Part shown: positions 19,864 to 30,838 of the stretch, one piece after another
Layout: the number at the start of each line of letters is the position of its first letter
Position numbering within the stretch: position 1 is the first letter of the stretch
Assembly (NCBI GenBank): GCA_017578085.2
Contig: PKQR02000001.1
Coordinates: forward strand, 7,105 to 71,104
DNA from: Bacillota bacterium
GTDB taxonomy: Bacteria; Bacillota; Limnochordia; Limnochordales; ZCTH02-B6
DNA length: 64,000 nt
Direction of reading: 5' to 3'
The notes under the pieces: model-generated
The model's input: only the letters and a program-made list of their open reading frames with translations
Database searches by the model: none
Told to the model about the DNA's origin: nothing
Program-made: the position numbers and the translations under genes

Positions 19864-22086
19864 ATGAGCACGCAGGCTCCTTGGCGGGCCATGGGGCTGA
19901 AGGACGAAGAATACCGGCGCATCCTGGAGCTTCTGGGCCGCGAGCCCAACCGGGTGGAGCTGGGCATGTTCGCCGTCCTGTGGTCCGAACATTGCGCCTA
20001 CAAGCATTCTAAGCTCCTTTTGAAACGGTTCCCGACAAAAGGAGAAGCGGTGGTGGTAGGCCCTGGGGAAAACGCCGGCGTCATCGACGTGGGCGCCGGC
20101 GACACGCTGGTGGCCTTCCGCTGCGAATCCCACAACCGCCCGTCGGCCGTTGAGCCGTACCACGGGGCCGCGACCGGCGTCGGCGGCATCCTGCGGGACG
20201 TCTTGGCCATGGGCGCCCGTCCCATCGCGCTCCTCGACTCGCTGCGGTTCGGTCCTCTCGACGACGAGCGGGTGCGACACTTGTTCGCCGGCGTCGTGGC
20301 CGGCGTCAGCGGCTACGGGAACGGCGTCGGAGTGCCCACGGTCGGCGGTGAGATCCGGTTTGACCCGGGTTACCGGCATAATCCCCTGGTGAACGTCATG
20401 TGCGTGGGACTCCTTCCCCGCAGGCGGCTCACCCGGGCGGTGGCGGCCGGGCCGGGCAACTCCGTCATCTACGTCGGCTCGGCTACCGGGAGGGACGGCA
20501 TTCACGGCGCCACCTTTGCCTCCGACCAGCTGGGGCGGGAGACCGAGGCCCGCCGGCCGTCCGTCCCGACCGGGGACCCCTTAGCCGAAAAGCGGCTCAT
20601 CGAAGCGTGCCTGGAGCTGATCGACCAGGGTTTCGTGGTCGGCATTCAGGACATGGGTGCTGCCGGGCTGACGTCCTCGTGCGCGGAAACGGCCGCCCGG
20701 GGCGGCTGCGGCATCGAGATCGACTTGGACCGAGTGCCGCAGCGGGAGGCAGGCATGGACGCCTACGAGATCATGCTGTCCGAGTCGCAGGAACGGATGC
20801 TGGTCATTGTGCGGCAGGGGTACGAAGAGCAGGTGCATGCCATCTGCCGCCGCCACGGCGTCCCCAGCGCCACCATCGGCACCGTCATCGCCGAACCGGT
20901 ACTGCGGGTGCGCCACCGGGGGCAGGTCGCGGCGGAGGTGCCCGTGCAGGCCCTGACGAGCCAAGCGCCCGTGTACGATCCACCGGCGGAGCGCCCGGCT
21001 GACCTGGAGCAGCGCCAGGCATTGGATTTGGCCTCCGTGCCCGAGCCCGCCGATTTGGGCGCCGTGCTCCTGCGGCTCTTGGCCAGCCCAACCGTCGCGG
21101 AGAAGGCGTGGGCGTATACCCAGTACGACTCCGAGGTGGGCGGTGGGACGGTGCTGGGGCCGGGCCGCGCCGACGCCGCCGTCGTGCGCATCCCCGGCAC
21201 CCGGCGGGCCGTCGCCCTCAAGATGGACGGCAACGCCCGCTACTGCCAGCTGGACCCGCTGACCGGCGGCATGATCGCGGTGGCGGAAGCGGCCCGCAAC
21301 GTCGTCTGCAGCGGCGGCCGGCCGGTGGGGATCACCAACTGCCTCAACTTCGGCAGCCCCGAAAAGCCTGAGGTGTTCTGGACGCTGAAGGAGGCGGTGG
21401 AGGGCATGAGCCGTGCCTGCGAAGCCCTGGGCACGCCCGTCACCGGCGGCAACGTCAGCCTCTACAACGAGCACGACGGCACGCCGATCCCGCCGACGCC
21501 CATCGTCGGGGTAGTGGGCGTAGTGGACGATGTGGACCAGGTGGTCGGAATGGGATTCCCGGGCGAGGACCTCGTCGTCGCCCTGCTCGGGGAAACCCGG
21601 GAGGAGTTGGGGGCCAGCGAGTACTTGGCCGTCATCCACGGGGAGGTGCGGGGATTGCCGCCACGGCTGGATTTGGACCTCGAGCGGCGGGTGCAGGCGG
21701 TGTGCCTGAGCGCCATCCGCAAGGGGCTCGTCCAGTCCGCCCACGACTGTTCCGACGGCGGCCTTGCGGTAGCGGTGGCCGAGAGCTGCCTTGTGGGCGG
21801 CGTAGGCGCGCGGCTTGACCTGTCCTTCGCCGGCCGCACCGACGCGCTGCTGTTTGGCGAGACCCAGTCCCGCATCGTCGTGTCCCTGCGAGAAGGAGAC
21901 TGGCCGGCTTTGCAGGCGCTGGCCGACGCGGCCGGTGTGCCGCTGACGCGCCTTGGGCGCACGGGCGGGAATGCGCTGATCATCTCGGTAAACGGCGCCG
22001 AAGCCGTCAACGTGAGCCTGACCGACATGGACAAGGCGTGGCGGGGTGCTCTTCCCGCCTCGATGGACACGGGAGGGGGGACATAG
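19864..22086 (+). CDS. purL: Phosphoribosylformylglycinamidine synthase subunit PurL (small type)
   Basis: The tracked ORF starts at 19684. I moved the start to ATG 19864, behind GGGAGGTG. Motifs present: [12 protein letters not shown] and ENAGVIDVG, in duplicated AIR-synthase-like domains. The 740-aa length matches the PurS/PurQ-dependent type. Confidence 0.95.
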   Translation: MSTQAPWRAMGLKDEEYRRILELLGREPNRVELGMFAVLWSEHCAYKHSKLLLKRFPTKGEAVVVGPGENAGVIDVGAGDTLVAFRCESHNRPSAVEPYHGAATGVGGILRDVLAMGARPIALLDSLRFGPLDDERVRHLFAGVVAGVSGYGNGVGVPTVGGEIRFDPGYRHNPLVNVMCVGLLPRRRLTRAVAAGPGNSVIYVGSATGRDGIHGATFASDQLGRETEARRPSVPTGDPLAEKRLIEACLELIDQGFVVGIQDMGAAGLTSSCAETAARGGCGIEIDLDRVPQREAGMDAYEIMLSESQERMLVIVRQGYEEQVHAICRRHGVPSATIGTVIAEPVLRVRHRGQVAAEVPVQALTSQAPVYDPPAERPADLEQRQALDLASVPEPADLGAVLLRLLASPTVAEKAWAYTQYDSEVGGGTVLGPGRADAAVVRIPGTRRAVALKMDGNARYCQLDPLTGGMIAVAEAARNVVCSGGRPVGITNCLNFGSPEKPEVFWTLKEAVEGMSRACEALGTPVTGGNVSLYNEHDGTPIPPTPIVGVVGVVDDVDQVVGMGFPGEDLVVALLGETREELGASEYLAVIHGEVRGLPPRLDLDLERRVQAVCLSAIRKGLVQSAHDCSDGGLAVAVAESCLVGGVGARLDLSFAGRTDALLFGETQSRIVVSLREGDWPALQALADAAGVPLTRLGRTGGNALIISVNGAEAVNVSLTDMDKAWRGALPASMDTGGGT

Positions 22087-22089
22087 CCC

Positions 22090-23490
22090 ATGTGCGGTGT
22101 TATTGGGGTGCTGGGGCCTGCGGGGTCCCGGGCGGCGGACCTCATCTACCTTGGGCTCTACGCCTTGCAGCATCGGGGCGAGGAGTCCTGCGGCGTGGCG
22201 GTGGCCGACGGCGCCGATGTGCACCTTTATAAAGGGATGGGACTTGTCCCCGACGTGTTCGACCGGCAACGGCTGGCCGGACTGCCCGGGTCCATGGGCA
22301 TCGGGCACGTCCGCTACTCGGCGACGGGAGCGGCGCACGCGGTCAACACCCAGCCGCTTGTGGCCTATACCAGCCGCGGTCCCGTGGCCGTGGTCTACAA
22401 CGGCAACTTGGTCAACGGCCGGGAGCTTAGGGCGGAGCTGCAGCGCAAGGGTTCGGTGTTTCAAACAACCAGCGATGCGGAAGTCATCCTCAACATGTTT
22501 GCCCGCTTCGCCGACGACGATCCGGACACGGCCGCCCTGCGCACCATGTCGGCCATCCGCGGCGGCTACGCCGTCGTGATGCTCACCCGTGACCGGCTGC
22601 TGGCGTTTCGGGATCCGTACGGCATCCGGCCCCTGTGCTGGGGACGGGCGGGCGATACGTTTATCGTCGCGTCGGAGAGCTGCGCCTTGGCGGCCCTTGG
22701 CGTGGACGAGGTGCACGAAGTGGCGCCGGGAGAGCTCTTGTCTGTGGACGGGGGCGGCATGCGCCGGCGGCGGCTGCCGGGGGCGGCCGACGGCCGGGCC
22801 CCGTGCGCATTCGAGTACATCTACTTCTCCCGGCCCGATTCCGAGCTGTTTGACCGCAACGTGCACCTGGTGCGCAAGGCCATCGGGCGCCGTCTGTATG
22901 AGGAGCGGCCGGTGGAGGCCGACGTGGTCATCGCCGCGCCCGACTCGGGCACGTCAGCCGCGATGGGATTTGCGGAAGCCGCCGGCATCCCGTTCGAGAT
23001 CGGCCTGGTCAAGAACCGGTACGTCGGGCGGACGTTCATCAATCCCGAAGAGGGCATGCGCCCCCTCGCGGTCAAAGTCAAGCTCAACCCCAACCGCCGG
23101 GTGCTCGAAGGCAAGCGGGTCGTCGTGCTGGACGACTCCATCGTAACGGGCACGACGTCGCGGCGCACCGTCGCGCTGGTGCGGGACGCTGGGGCGCGGG
23201 AAGTGCACATGTACGTGGCGGCGCCGCCGTTTTTGCACCCGTGCCGCTACGGCATCGACATCTCGTCCCGCAAGAAGCTGATCGCCGCCCAGCGGACCAT
23301 CGAGGAGATACGCCGGTACATCGGCGCCGACTCCCTCTATTTTCTGAGCGTCGAGGGATTGTGCCAGGCGGTGGGCGTCAGTGCCGACCGTCTTTGCCTC
23401 GCCTGCATGACCGGCGTTTACCCGGAACCCGTGCCCGAGGAGCCGGAAGCGCACGAGCACGCCCTGGAGGGGATGGAGCACTGTGCGTGA
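22090..23490 (+). CDS. purF: Amidophosphoribosyltransferase
   Basis: N-terminal MCGVIGV supplies the catalytic Cys1. Motifs present: LQHRGEES and the PRPP loop VVVLDDSIVTGTT. The C-terminal Cys residues are typical of the 4Fe-4S type. Confidence 0.96.
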   Translation: MCGVIGVLGPAGSRAADLIYLGLYALQHRGEESCGVAVADGADVHLYKGMGLVPDVFDRQRLAGLPGSMGIGHVRYSATGAAHAVNTQPLVAYTSRGPVAVVYNGNLVNGRELRAELQRKGSVFQTTSDAEVILNMFARFADDDPDTAALRTMSAIRGGYAVVMLTRDRLLAFRDPYGIRPLCWGRAGDTFIVASESCALAALGVDEVHEVAPGELLSVDGGGMRRRRLPGAADGRAPCAFEYIYFSRPDSELFDRNVHLVRKAIGRRLYEERPVEADVVIAAPDSGTSAAMGFAEAAGIPFEIGLVKNRYVGRTFINPEEGMRPLAVKVKLNPNRRVLEGKRVVVLDDSIVTGTTSRRTVALVRDAGAREVHMYVAAPPFLHPCRYGIDISSRKKLIAAQRTIEEIRRYIGADSLYFLSVEGLCQAVGVSADRLCLACMTGVYPEPVPEEPEAHEHALEGMEHCA

Positions 23491-24532
23491 GGAGCTGACG
23501 TACAAGGCCAGCGGGGTCGACATCGAAGCCGGCTACCGGGCCGTGGAAAAGATCAAGGCCTTGGCCCAGGCCACGCTGGGGCCCGAGGTGGTATTGCCGC
23601 CCGGCGCCTTCGGCGGCGCGTATGTCTTGGGCGACGGTCCCGAGGCACCGGTGCTGGTGGCCGGCTGCGACGGGGTGGGCACCAAGCTCAAGGTAGCCTT
23701 CCTGACCGGCCGGCACGACACGATCGGCATCGACGCCGTCGCGTACTGCGTTAACGACATCATCTGCCACGGTGCGCGGCCGCTGTTCTTCCTTGACTAC
23801 GTGGCCGTGGGCAAGCTCGATCCCGACCAGGTGGCGGCCATCGTCCGCGGCGTCGCGGCGGGCTGCCGGGAGGCGGGCTGTGCGCTCTTGGGCGGGGAAA
23901 CCGCGGAAATGCCCGGGTTTTACGCGCCGGGGGAGTACGACATCGCGGGTTTCGCGGTCGGCGTCGTGCCGAGAAACCGCCTCATCGACGGCAGCCGTGT
24001 CGCGCCCGGCGACGCGATCATCGGCCTGGCCTCCACAGGGTTGCACAGCAGCGGTTATTCGCTGGCCCGCCGGGTCCTGCTGGAGCGGGCGCAGCTTGCG
24101 CTCGACTCCGTAGTGCCAGAGTTGGGCCGGACCCTGGCGGAGGAGCTGCTGGAGCCGACCGCGATTTACGTCCGGCCGGTCTTGAGCCTGTGCGAAGCCG
24201 TCGAGGTGCGGGGAATCGCCAACATTTCGGGCGGGGGCTTGCCGGAAAACCTGCCCCGGGCCATGGCTCCGGGCACCCGCGCCTGCCTGTATTGGGGAAG
24301 CTGGCCGGTACCGCCTATCTTCCGCTTGATCCGCGAGATGGGCCCGGTGAGCGGCAAGGAGATGCTGCGCACCTTCAACTTGGGCGTCGGCATGGCGGTC
24401 ATCGTCCCCAAGGACCAGGCGGAGGCGGCCGTGCGCCACTTGAACGGGCTCGGCCAGCCGGCGTGGATCATCGGCCAGGTGGTGGCCGGCGAGCCCGGCG
24501 TCGAGGTCGTCGGGTACGGGGATGGGCCATGA
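23483..24532 (+). CDS. purM: Phosphoribosylformylglycinamidine cyclo-ligase (AIR synthase)
   Basis: The GTG start overlaps purF by 8 nt. Motifs present: YKASGVDIEAG and CDGVGTKL. Confidence 0.95.
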   Translation: MREELTYKASGVDIEAGYRAVEKIKALAQATLGPEVVLPPGAFGGAYVLGDGPEAPVLVAGCDGVGTKLKVAFLTGRHDTIGIDAVAYCVNDIICHGARPLFFLDYVAVGKLDPDQVAAIVRGVAAGCREAGCALLGGETAEMPGFYAPGEYDIAGFAVGVVPRNRLIDGSRVAPGDAIIGLASTGLHSSGYSLARRVLLERAQLALDSVVPELGRTLAEELLEPTAIYVRPVLSLCEAVEVRGIANISGGGLPENLPRAMAPGTRACLYWGSWPVPPIFRLIREMGPVSGKEMLRTFNLGVGMAVIVPKDQAEAAVRHLNGLGQPAWIIGQVVAGEPGVEVVGYGDGP

Positions 24533-25140
24533 TCCGGTTGGCGGTGCTCGTATCCGGGCGGGGGAGCAATCTCGAGGCGATCCTCAAGGAGGCAGCTGCG
24601 GGCGGCCTCAACGCGCAGCCGGTGCTGGTGCTCTCCGACAACCCGCAAGCGCCGGCATTAAGGTTAGCCCGAGCCTATCGCGTGCCGGTGCTGGGCGTGT
24701 CGCCCCGGGAGGTGGGGGGCCGCGAGCCGTTTTTCCGCCTGGTCGAGGAGAAACTGGTGGAAGCGAGGGTGGACTTGGTCGCGCTCGCGGGTTTCATGCG
24801 GATCTTGCCTGCTTGGCTGGTGGAGCGGTTTCGGTGGCGAATCCTCAACATTCATCCCTCGCTCCTGCCGGCGTTTCCCGGCCTTGATGCGCCTCGGCAG
24901 GCGCTGGAGTACGGCGTGCGGGTGAGCGGTTGCACCGTGCACTTTGTCGATGAAGGGGTCGACACCGGTCCCATCGTGCTGCAGGCGGCGGTGCCGGTGC
25001 TGCCGGACGATACGCCCGAGACCCTCGCGGCCCGCATCCGCCAGGAAGAGCACCGCATTTACCCCGAAGCCATCCGGCTGTTTGCCGAAGGGCGGCTTGT
25101 GATCGACGGCCGCCGGGTGATCATTCGGGAGGCAGAATAG
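24529..25140 (+). CDS. purN: Phosphoribosylglycinamide formyltransferase
   Basis: It overlaps the purM stop by ATGA. Motifs present: [27 protein letters not shown] and [12 protein letters not shown]. Confidence 0.95.
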   Translation: MIRLAVLVSGRGSNLEAILKEAAAGGLNAQPVLVLSDNPQAPALRLARAYRVPVLGVSPREVGGREPFFRLVEEKLVEARVDLVALAGFMRILPAWLVERFRWRILNIHPSLLPAFPGLDAPRQALEYGVRVSGCTVHFVDEGVDTGPIVLQAAVPVLPDDTPETLAARIRQEEHRIYPEAIRLFAEGRLVIDGRRVIIREAE

Positions 25141-25151
25141 GAGGACACAGC

Positions 25152-26744
25152 ATGCATGCGGCCCAAAGGCGGCGCGCTTTGATCAGCGTTTCGGACAAGC
25201 GGGGCATCGTAGACTTCGCCCGGGGGCTTGTGGCCCTCGGCTTTGAGATCGTGTCCACGGGCGGCACGGCGGCGGTGCTCAGGGAACACGTGCCGGTCAC
25301 AGCGGTGTCCGACGTGACCGGGTTTCCCGAGATCTTGGACGGGCGGGTCAAGACCTTGCATCCGGCCGTGCACGGCGGAATCCTCGCCCGCCGCGATCGG
25401 CCCGAGCACATGGCGGTCCTGGCGGAGCTGTCCATCGCCCCCATCGACGTGGTGGCGGTAAACTTGTATCCCTTCGCGGATACCGTGCGCCGCCCGGGGT
25501 GCAGTTTTGAGGAAGCGGTGGAGCAGATCGACATCGGCGGCCCGGCCATGGTGCGGGCTGCGGCCAAGAACCACGCCCATGTTTGGGTCGTGGTGAACCC
25601 CGACCGTTACGGAGAGGTCCTGGAAGCGCTGGCCCGCCCCGACGACGAAGCCGCGGCGCGCCTGCGCCGGGTGCTGGCCCAGGAAGCCTTTGCGCACACG
25701 GCGGCCTACGACGCGGCCATCGCGGCCTACCTGGAGCGGCAGCTGGACGGCGCGGGTGAGGCGGCGCGGGAGGCGGGCGACGGAGCAGGGCGCTTTCCTA
25801 ACGTGTGGCGGGTGCCCCTGGTTTTGGCCCAAGGCCTGCGCTATGGGGAGAACCCTCATCAGGCGGCCGCGTTTTACGTGGAAAGCCCGCCGCCGCCGGG
25901 CACCATCGCTGCCGCTGAGCAGCTGCAGGGCAAGGAGCTGTCGTTCAACAACATCCAGGACGCCCATGCAGCGCTGGAGATGGTGCGGGAATTCGACCGG
26001 CCCGCGGTGGCGGTGGTGAAGCATACGAACCCGTGCGGCCTGGCGCTGGCCGACACCATCGCGGACGCCTTCGCCCGGGCCCGGGATGCGGACCCCGTGT
26101 CCATCTTCGGCGGCATCGTGGCCGCCAACCGGGTCATTGACGGGGCGGCGGCCGCGCTCATGCGCGAGCTGTTCCTGGAAGTGATCATCGCCCCCGATTT
26201 CACGCCCGAGGCGCGGGAAATCCTAGCCGGGCGGCCCAACCTGCGGCTCCTGCGGGTGCAGCCGTGGGCGCCGCCTGGGCCGGCCTGGGACTACAAGCGC
26301 GTCGGCGGGGGCCTCTTGGTTCAAGAAGCGGACTGGCAACCGGAGGCCCTGGATCCGGCCCGGGAGCAGGTCGTCACCCGGCGGGCGCCGACCCCGGAAG
26401 AGTGGGCGCAGCTGGAGTTTGCGTGGAAAGTGGTCAAGCATGTGAAGTCCAACGCCATCGTGCTCGCGCGGGACTTTGTCACCATCGGTGTAGGCGCGGG
26501 GCAGATGAACCGGGTGACGGCGGCCCGCCTCGCCATCGAACAGGCGGGCGAGCGGGCCCGCGGGGCGGTGCTGGCGTCGGAGGCGTTTTTCCCGTTCCCC
26601 GACGTGGTGGAGACGGCCGCCGCGGCGGGCATCACGGCCATCGTACAGCCAGGCGGATCCCGGCGCGACGCGGACTCCATCGCGGCCGCCGATGCCGCGG
26701 GCATTGCGATGGTGTTCACCGGCCGGCGCCATTTCCGCCATTAA
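25152..26744 (+). CDS. purH: Bifunctional AICAR transformylase / IMP cyclohydrolase
   Basis: Motifs present: [18 protein letters not shown] and [12 protein letters not shown]. The C-terminal region has VKHTNPCG and [10 protein letters not shown]. Confidence 0.96.
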   Translation: MHAAQRRRALISVSDKRGIVDFARGLVALGFEIVSTGGTAAVLREHVPVTAVSDVTGFPEILDGRVKTLHPAVHGGILARRDRPEHMAVLAELSIAPIDVVAVNLYPFADTVRRPGCSFEEAVEQIDIGGPAMVRAAAKNHAHVWVVVNPDRYGEVLEALARPDDEAAARLRRVLAQEAFAHTAAYDAAIAAYLERQLDGAGEAAREAGDGAGRFPNVWRVPLVLAQGLRYGENPHQAAAFYVESPPPPGTIAAAEQLQGKELSFNNIQDAHAALEMVREFDRPAVAVVKHTNPCGLALADTIADAFARARDADPVSIFGGIVAANRVIDGAAAALMRELFLEVIIAPDFTPEAREILAGRPNLRLLRVQPWAPPGPAWDYKRVGGGLLVQEADWQPEALDPAREQVVTRRAPTPEEWAQLEFAWKVVKHVKSNAIVLARDFVTIGVGAGQMNRVTAARLAIEQAGERARGAVLASEAFFPFPDVVETAAAAGITAIVQPGGSRRDADSIAAADAAGIAMVFTGRRHFRH

Positions 26745-26802
26745 GGCGTAGGCCGGCCGCCGGAGCGTGCCAAGAAATGCGGCCGGCAAAGGGGAGGTCG
26801 GC

Positions 26803-28092
26803 ATGCGGGTACTGATCGTCGGGCAGGGGGCTCGCGAGCACGCCCTGGCGTGGGCGGTCGCGCAAAGCCCGCAGGTGGAGCGGCTTTATTGCGCCCCCGG
26901 CAACGCCGGGATCGCCCAGGTGGCCGAGTGCGTCGCGGTCGCGCGGGGCGGCGCGGTTGACTTGGCCGATTGGGCGGCCGAGAACCGGATTGACCTGACC
27001 ATCGTCGGGCCCGAGGCCCCTTTGGTCAGCGGCATCGCCGACGCTTTCGCCGCCCGGGGGCTGCGCCTGGTGGGCCCGTCCCGGGCCGCCGCCGAGATCG
27101 AAGGCAGCAAGGTCTTTGCCAAGGAGCTCATGAGCCGCTGGGGCATCCCCACCGCCGCCTACAGGGTGTTCCACGATCCCGACAGCGCCCGCGCCTACGC
27201 CCGCCGCCAGGAACTGCCCGTCGTCATCAAGGCCGACGGCCTCGCCGCCGGAAAAGGCGTGACGGTAGCGCATGACTGGGAAACGGTGGACGCCGCCATC
27301 CGGGCGATCATGGAAGAGCGGATCTTCGGCGAGGCGGGGCGGCGTGTCATCATCGAGGAGTTCATGCCCGGCAGGGAAGTGAGCGTGCTGGCCTTAACGG
27401 ACGGGGAGACCGTCGTCCCCTTGGCGCCCGCCCGGGACCACAAGCGGGTAGGGGACGGGGACACGGGCCCCAACACGGGCGGCATGGGCGCGTTTTCGCC
27501 CGTGCCCGACGTGACGCCGGAGATCTTGGAGCGCGTGCAAAAGGAGATCCTCGAGCCCACCGTCCGGGCGTTGGCCGCGGAAGGGCGCCCCTATCAGGGC
27601 GTGCTCTACGCCGGGCTGATGCTCACGGGCGCTGGGCCCAAGGTCGTGGAGTTCAATTGCCGTTTGGGCGATCCAGAAGCTCAGGTGGTGCTGCCGCGCT
27701 TGGCGGGCGACTGGCTGACCGTCTTTGACGCACTGGCCGACAGGCGGCTGCATGAGGTGCGCCTCGAGTGGCGGCAGGAAGCCGCCGTCTGCGTGGTCCT
27801 GGCGTCCAAAGGGTACCCCGGCGATTATGAAACGGGATTTCCCATCCACGGGCTTGAGGACGCCGCCGCGGAACCCGGCGTGGTGGTCTTCCACGCGGCC
27901 ACGCGCCGGGCCGGGGATGAGTTTGTTACCGCGGGAGGGCGGGTGCTGGCGGTCACCGCTCTCGGGGACGACCTCGCGGCGGCCCGGGAACGCGCCTACC
28001 GGGCCGCGGGCCTGATCCGGTTTGCGGGCATGCACTACCGGCGCGACATCGCCAAGAGCGCCTTGACCGTGTCCTCATCGGGCGATACGTAG
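26803..28092 (+). CDS. purD: Phosphoribosylamine--glycine ligase
   Basis: The start is moved to ATG 26803, behind AAAGGGGAGG. Motifs present: MRVLIVGQGAREHALAW and an ATP-grasp core (VVIKADGLAAGKGV, EFNCRLGDPE). The 3' end overlaps the rqcH 3' end. Confidence 0.95.
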   Translation: MRVLIVGQGAREHALAWAVAQSPQVERLYCAPGNAGIAQVAECVAVARGGAVDLADWAAENRIDLTIVGPEAPLVSGIADAFAARGLRLVGPSRAAAEIEGSKVFAKELMSRWGIPTAAYRVFHDPDSARAYARRQELPVVIKADGLAAGKGVTVAHDWETVDAAIRAIMEERIFGEAGRRVIIEEFMPGREVSVLALTDGETVVPLAPARDHKRVGDGDTGPNTGGMGAFSPVPDVTPEILERVQKEILEPTVRALAAEGRPYQGVLYAGLMLTGAGPKVVEFNCRLGDPEAQVVLPRLAGDWLTVFDALADRRLHEVRLEWRQEAAVCVVLASKGYPGDYETGFPIHGLEDAAAEPGVVVFHAATRRAGDEFVTAGGRVLAVTALGDDLAAARERAYRAAGLIRFAGMHYRRDIAKSALTVSSSGDT

Positions 28093-29852
28093 ATGGTCTG
28101 GTGGCGATCGTAGATCACCATTCCCGGCCGGGCGCCCTTGGGCTTGTGCACGTGGCGGACCCTGGTCCAGTCCACGGGCACGTTGCTCGAGTGGCGGGCT
28201 TTGCTGAAATACGCGGCGAGCATGGCCGCTTCCCGCAAGTCCTCTTCTGCCGGCTCCCCTTGTACCTCCAAGATCACGTGCGCGCCGGGCAAGTCCTTGA
28301 CGTGCAGCCAGATGTCGTCGGGACGGGCGATCCGCAAGGTCAGCCGATCGTTTTGCCGGTTGCTGCGGCCGATGCGCACCCGCGCACCGCGGCTCGTGCG
28401 AGCCTCGATGGGGCCCGCTGCCCCCTCCTGGGCCCAACGGGAGGCGTTCCGGTCTTGCGCGGAGGCCTTCCCGCGCCCGCTTGGCGGGGGCGCCGCACCA
28501 GGGCTTTGCGGGGGCACTACGCCTGCGGCGGCGAGTTCGGCTTCGATGTCGCTCAAGGCTTCTTCACTGTCGGCCATCTCGATGTGCACCGCCGCCTGTT
28601 CCAAGTAGGCCAGCTCGGCCAGCGTAGCGTCCAACTGCGCCTGCACGGCGGACTGGGCCGACCGCGCCTTGGCGTAGCGCTTGAAATAGCGTTGCGCGTT
28701 CTCGGCTGGGGTCAGGGACGGGTCCAGCGGGATGGTCACCGGCTTGTTGTCCTCGTAGTAGTTGGGCAGCGTCACCTCAGGTCCCCGCTGGACGAGATGG
28801 AGGTGCGCCGTGAGCAGCTCCCCGTAGAGCCGGTACTCTTCAGCCCGCTCCGCCATGGCCAGGTCCTGGCGGAGGTTTTCCGCCTTCCGCTCGAGGCGCT
28901 CTTTCGCCTGGCCAACCAGGCGTTCCAGGCGCTGTTTGCGGCGCTGGAAAGATACGACGGCCAGCCGGCGAGAGTAATACGCCTCTGCCGCTTCGCTGGC
29001 GCTGGCACACGGCTGCAGCCTGCCTTGGACCTGCGCGGGCGGGAAGGCCCAAAATTCCTGGGGTTCGCCAGCGGCGTCCATGACCAGCACGGGTGCAAAC
29101 CGGCCCTCTGCCGCATCGGCGGCCAAGCGGGCCAGTGCCGCCGCCACCCGTTGTAAATCCTCCGGCTGCAGGTCGCCGCGGGCGGCGTCGGGGTCAACCC
29201 CCGCCCGGAGAAGAACCTCCCGCGCGGCGAAGGGCCCAAAGCCGTCAAAGAGATCGGTGATGGCGCGGGCGAGCTTCTGGGGCGCCGGCTGGAGGCCCAG
29301 GAGCCTGCCGATCTCTTCGGGCGAGGTGCGGCGCGGGTCCCGCTTTTCCGGGACAGGAGGCGGCACATAGGTTTCCCCCGGGAGCAGGTCCCGGCGGGCA
29401 CCCTCTTGGCCCCCGGTCCGGTGGAGGGCGTCGAGGATGCGGCCGCTGCCTTCCTCTACCAGGATTACGTTGCTGTTGCGTCCTGTGAGCTCGGCGATGA
29501 GGACGAGCCGCACGCGGCGGCCCGAGGCTTCCATCGCCTCGCAGGTGACGTGCAGGATGCGATCGAGGCCCACCTGAGAGACTTTCAAGATCCGGGCCGG
29601 TTCCAAGTGCTTGCGCAAGAGCATGCAGAAGGCCGGAGGGTGGGGCGGATTGGGCGGCGCCGTCTCGACAAGATGGGCGCGCGCGTAGTTGGGCTCCGTG
29701 CTGATGAGCAACCGGCACGTCCGGCCGGGCTTGTAGCACTGCAGCACCAGGGTGCGGCTGTCGGGCTGGTGGATTTTCTGTATCCTGGCGTCCGCCAGTT
29801 GCTGGTCCAGCTCCGCCGCGAGCGCGGCGACAAAGAGGCCGTCAAAGGGCAT
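28035..29852 (-). CDS. rqcH: Ribosome quality control factor RqcH (NFACT family, FbpA/YloA-like)
   Basis: The tracked ORF extends to 30491. The real start is ATG 29852, behind GGAGGA. The NFACT-N domain starts MPFDGLFV..IQKIHQP, a coiled-coil middle follows, and the C-terminal NFACT-R/DUF814 motif is IWLHVKDLPGAHVIL. Confidence 0.9.
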   Translation of the reverse strand: MPFDGLFVAALAAELDQQLADARIQKIHQPDSRTLVLQCYKPGRTCRLLISTEPNYARAHLVETAPPNPPHPPAFCMLLRKHLEPARILKVSQVGLDRILHVTCEAMEASGRRVRLVLIAELTGRNSNVILVEEGSGRILDALHRTGGQEGARRDLLPGETYVPPPVPEKRDPRRTSPEEIGRLLGLQPAPQKLARAITDLFDGFGPFAAREVLLRAGVDPDAARGDLQPEDLQRVAAALARLAADAAEGRFAPVLVMDAAGEPQEFWAFPPAQVQGRLQPCASASEAAEAYYSRRLAVVSFQRRKQRLERLVGQAKERLERKAENLRQDLAMAERAEEYRLYGELLTAHLHLVQRGPEVTLPNYYEDNKPVTIPLDPSLTPAENAQRYFKRYAKARSAQSAVQAQLDATLAELAYLEQAAVHIEMADSEEALSDIEAELAAAGVVPPQSPGAAPPPSGRGKASAQDRNASRWAQEGAAGPIEARTSRGARVRIGRSNRQNDRLTLRIARPDDIWLHVKDLPGAHVILEVQGEPAEEDLREAAMLAAYFSKARHSSNVPVDWTRVRHVHKPKGARPGMVIYDRHQTIYVSPDEDTVKALLAMSRR

Positions 29853-30014
29853 GGGCAGTCCTCCGGTGGGGCCGGGTTTCGTCCGGCGGGGTCTCAGTTC
29901 ACGGGTGCGACCCGCGGACCATTCTATCACAGGCCCCGGCAGCGTTGGCAGCAGGCCAGCGAGCAGGAGGCCGTCTTTAGGCGGCGAAAGTTCGAAACGA
30001 GGGGTGCCTCCGAG

Positions 30015-30761
30015 ATGCGCACGATGGCGGTAATATTGGCCGGCGCCTTGCTTGTTGTCGCCTCGGCCGGTGACCTGGTGGAGGGCCAGGTGGACAGCGC
30101 CAGGATCCGGATGGAGACCGCGCTGCGCTTTATGGCGCTGGGCTGGTTCCGGGAAGGCCGGGAGCACCTGGAGCAGGCGGTGCGGCTCGCGCCCGGTTGG
30201 ACGGAGGCCCGGGTGTTGCTCGCCCTGAGCTACCACGCGGACGGCCTGTGGAATGAGGCCCTGGCCCATTACCGGGCTGCCTTGGAGCTTGACCCAAGCC
30301 TGGGCGCGCTGCGGGTGCTCATCGGCGACATCTATTTCGCTCAAGGGCAGTACGATGCCGCGGAGGCCGAGTACACGGCCGCCCTGGAAACCGTTGAGGG
30401 TGCCGGCTGGGCATACTACGGCCTGGGGCGGGTGCGCGAGTTCCACGGGGAGCCGGGTGCGGAGGAGATGTATCTGGCCGCGGTCGCCCATGCGCCTGAC
30501 CTGCTGGATGCCCGCTTGCGGCTGGGCCGGCTGCTAAGGGCCCGGGGAGAGCTGGAGGCTGCGCTGGAGCACCTCCTGCACGCGCACCGGCTCAACAGCC
30601 GTCTGCCCGAAGTACGGCTGGAGCTTGGGCTCACGTATGAGCAGCTGGGCCGCGTCGCGGAGGCCGAGCACGAGTACCGCATGGTCCTCCAGTTGGACCC
30701 GGCCAATGACGAGGCTCGCCTGCGCTTAGGGACCTTGCAGGCCGCCCAAGGCGACACATGA
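30015..30761 (+). CDS. TPR-repeat protein with N-terminal signal/anchor
   Basis: The tracked ORF starts at 29406, which overlaps rqcH. I set the start to ATG 30015, after GAGGGG. The N-terminal hydrophobic segment is MAVILAGALLVVASA. Repeated A..Y..AL.LDP TPR-like units follow. Confidence 0.75.
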   Translation: MRTMAVILAGALLVVASAGDLVEGQVDSARIRMETALRFMALGWFREGREHLEQAVRLAPGWTEARVLLALSYHADGLWNEALAHYRAALELDPSLGALRVLIGDIYFAQGQYDAAEAEYTAALETVEGAGWAYYGLGRVREFHGEPGAEEMYLAAVAHAPDLLDARLRLGRLLRARGELEAALEHLLHAHRLNSRLPEVRLELGLTYEQLGRVAEAEHEYRMVLQLDPANDEARLRLGTLQAAQGDT

Positions 30762-30838
30762 TCCACCCGCGGGACAAATAAGGATGAACTGCTGCCGGAC
30801 CAGCACCCGGCGGCGTTTTCCCGCGAGGGGGGCCTCGA

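Noticed and set aside
29406-30014. A long N-terminal extension of the TPR protein ORF (tracked ORF 29406-30761). Similar extended versions exist for rqcH (to 30491), rsgA (from 50127), rpe (from 51446), purN (from 24190), def (from 38028), pyrE (from 10859) and DegV (from 56479).
   Set aside because: The extensions overlap neighbouring well-supported genes and lack homology to the respective families. Internal starts with good RBS and family-typical N-termini exist.
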